A DNA stretch of 64,000 bases from an uncultured Chloroflexia bacterium (GTDB lineage Bacteria; Chloroflexota; Chloroflexia; Thermomicrobiales; UBA6265): the NCBI GenBank assembly GCA_963724295.1, contig CAVRUC010000005.1, forward strand, positions 160,001 through 224,000, written 5' to 3'. The translations under genes and the position numbers were made by a program. Within the stretch, counting starts at the first letter, position 1. Each line of letters opens with the position of its first letter. The notes under the pieces are model-generated. The model searched no databases. It saw only the letters and a program-made list of their open reading frames with translations, and was not told where the DNA came from. Of the stretch, positions 62,545 to 64,000 are shown one piece after another.

Positions 62545-63537
62545 TTACGCTCCGGCGCCAATCAATGCCGCGCCCACCACTCCTGAGTGGTCGCCCAGTT
62601 TGGCGCGCTTGAACTCTACGGCGCGGCCGGGTACCGCCAGCGATTCGCGGCGCGCGTAGTCGGAAGCCACGTCAAAGAGGAGCCCCACCGATTCGATAAC
62701 GCCGCCGCCCATCACGATCCGCGCCGGGTTCAGGAGGCTGATCACCGACGCGAGTCCGTACCCGAGATACCGGCCGGCCTCGCCAATCGTCTCGAGCACC
62801 AGTTCGTCGCCCATCTCGATCGCATCGGCGAGCACCCCCGACCGCACGGCGCCACTCTCAGGCCACATCGCCGCCGTCGAGAGCTCCGGCGCCAGCTGGC
62901 GCAGGACCGACTTCCGGCCGCGCTTGAGATCACCCATCAGGCTGTAGGTAATCGCCGTACGCGAGGCGTACGCCTCCACATGCCCACGGCCGCCACAACC
63001 ACAGAGACGGCCGCCACTATCGACGACGAGGTGTCCAATCTCGCCCGCGCTGCCGCTGACGCCGGTGACCAGTTTTCCGCCGGTGACGACCGCGCCACCC
63101 ACGCCCGTTCCTACGAAGCAGCAGAGAAAATCCGCTACCCCTTGTCCGGCCCCAAACGAGAGCTCTCCGGTGGCCGCGACCTGCACATCGTTGCGCAGGG
63201 CTGCCGGCACACCGAAACGTTTGCGCAGCGACTCCGCTATCGGCAAATCGATCACGGCCTGGCTGAGGTTGGGCGTGCCCAGGAGCACGCCTTTGTCGGC
63301 GTCCACCTGTCCTGCCGCACCGACACCGATGCCGACGAGCTCCTTCGGTTTCATCTTGGCTGACTGCAACGCGTCTTCCGCCGCGCCCTGGATCTTGTCG
63401 ATGATCGTTTGCGGGCTGTCCGCGGCCGAGGTTCGCTTCTTGGCGGTCGAGACGACTTCCCCACTGTCGAGATCGACTACCGCCGCGAGCAGTTTCGTGC
63501 CCCCGAAGTCGATACCCAGTGCGTGTCGTTTCGCCAT
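62545..63537 (-). CDS. ROK family sugar kinase
   Basis: GIDFGGTK, NDV, GTGVGG, GEIGH, CGCGGRGHVE. Confidence 0.92.
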   Translation of the reverse strand: MAKRHALGIDFGGTKLLAAVVDLDSGEVVSTAKKRTSAADSPQTIIDKIQGAAEDALQSAKMKPKELVGIGVGAAGQVDADKGVLLGTPNLSQAVIDLPIAESLRKRFGVPAALRNDVQVAATGELSFGAGQGVADFLCCFVGTGVGGAVVTGGKLVTGVSGSAGEIGHLVVDSGGRLCGCGGRGHVEAYASRTAITYSLMGDLKRGRKSVLRQLAPELSTAAMWPESGAVRSGVLADAIEMGDELVLETIGEAGRYLGYGLASVISLLNPARIVMGGGVIESVGLLFDVASDYARRESLAVPGRAVEFKRAKLGDHSGVVGAALIGAGA

Positions 63538-63668
63538 CAGCGCACCTTTCTTGGCTTGGGCCCGATCCTCTCTCGCGCGGGTTCATGCAGGATTTCGGCC
63601 ACCGTCCCGGAATCCCCTCTTGCGGATCAGGGCGACTGAGCGGGAGCACCTATTCCAGTCGCGGGTAG

Positions 63669-64000
63669 TCACCCCCGGTCCAGCTCCTCGAGCACCGGTG
63701 CAAACTCTTCGATGGCGTCAGCCGTGATGGGATCGAGCACGAGTTGCACGTGACTGATCCCGGCCGCGGCGTACTGCCGCATCGCCGCCGCCAGCTCCGC
63801 GGTCGAGCCCCGCAACGGCGGCACGTCCTCTTCAGTGGTTGCGCCAACATTCCTCCCGCTGCCATCGGTCAGACCGACGTAGACCGCGCAGGTGCGCTCC
63901 ACCGTCGCCGCATCGCGACCGACTCGCCGGCAGGCCGCGTCGACCTTCTCCATCCAGGGTGCGAGGTTTTCCGGGCGGTTTCCAAACCAGGCATACCAGG
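63669..64000 (-). CDS. LLM-class oxidoreductase, C-terminal part (runs off right edge)
   Basis: VDAACRRVGRDAATVERT...GISHVQLVLDP...LEELD, similar to the C-terminus of the LLM gene at 5982. Confidence 0.75.
   Translation of the reverse strand, partial: WYAWFGNRPENLAPWMEKVDAACRRVGRDAATVERTCAVYVGLTDGSGRNVGATTEEDVPPLRGSTAELAAAMRQYAAAGISHVQLVLDPITADAIEEFAPVLEELDRG

Overview
GC-rich bacterial chromosomal window. Gene content and style suggest Chloroflexota/Thermomicrobiales, but this is inference only. Most of it is core or metabolic DNA. Left: proline racemase-like gene, RecQ helicase with a TPR-like N-terminus, and tRNA-Sec (UCA) followed by a decayed tyrosine-integrase element carrying a 1.5 kb IS (TIRs and 3-bp TAA duplication readable). 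Then an LLM oxidoreductase and an amidinotransferase/DDAH-like + polyamine-type ABC + M20 hydrolase operon. Middle: larC, DUF2207, Zur-like regulator with a Zn/Mn ABC, HDAC, C39 peptidase, dnaJ with a CIRCE-like site, tRNA-Gln, glmU-prs-hemolysin-birA, etfBA-PucR-atypical glnA-like, and gltB. The highlight is 42.3-54.7 kb: a LysW-carrier amino-acid biosynthesis cluster (argG, two tandem OTC-like genes, lysW, a catalytically degenerate LysX paralog, lysK, ArgX-like, LysX, a methyltransferase, lysY, lysZ, lysJ). It has an ARG-box promoter and an internal Arg(CGC) T-box riboswitch that appears to act by Shine-Dalgarno sequestration. Right: fumC, proS, pduO, Gfo/Idh/MocA, D-threonine-aldolase-like, NYN, ROK and a partial LLM gene. 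Several single-base frameshifts, mostly in the first 15 kb, look like long-read assembly indels.
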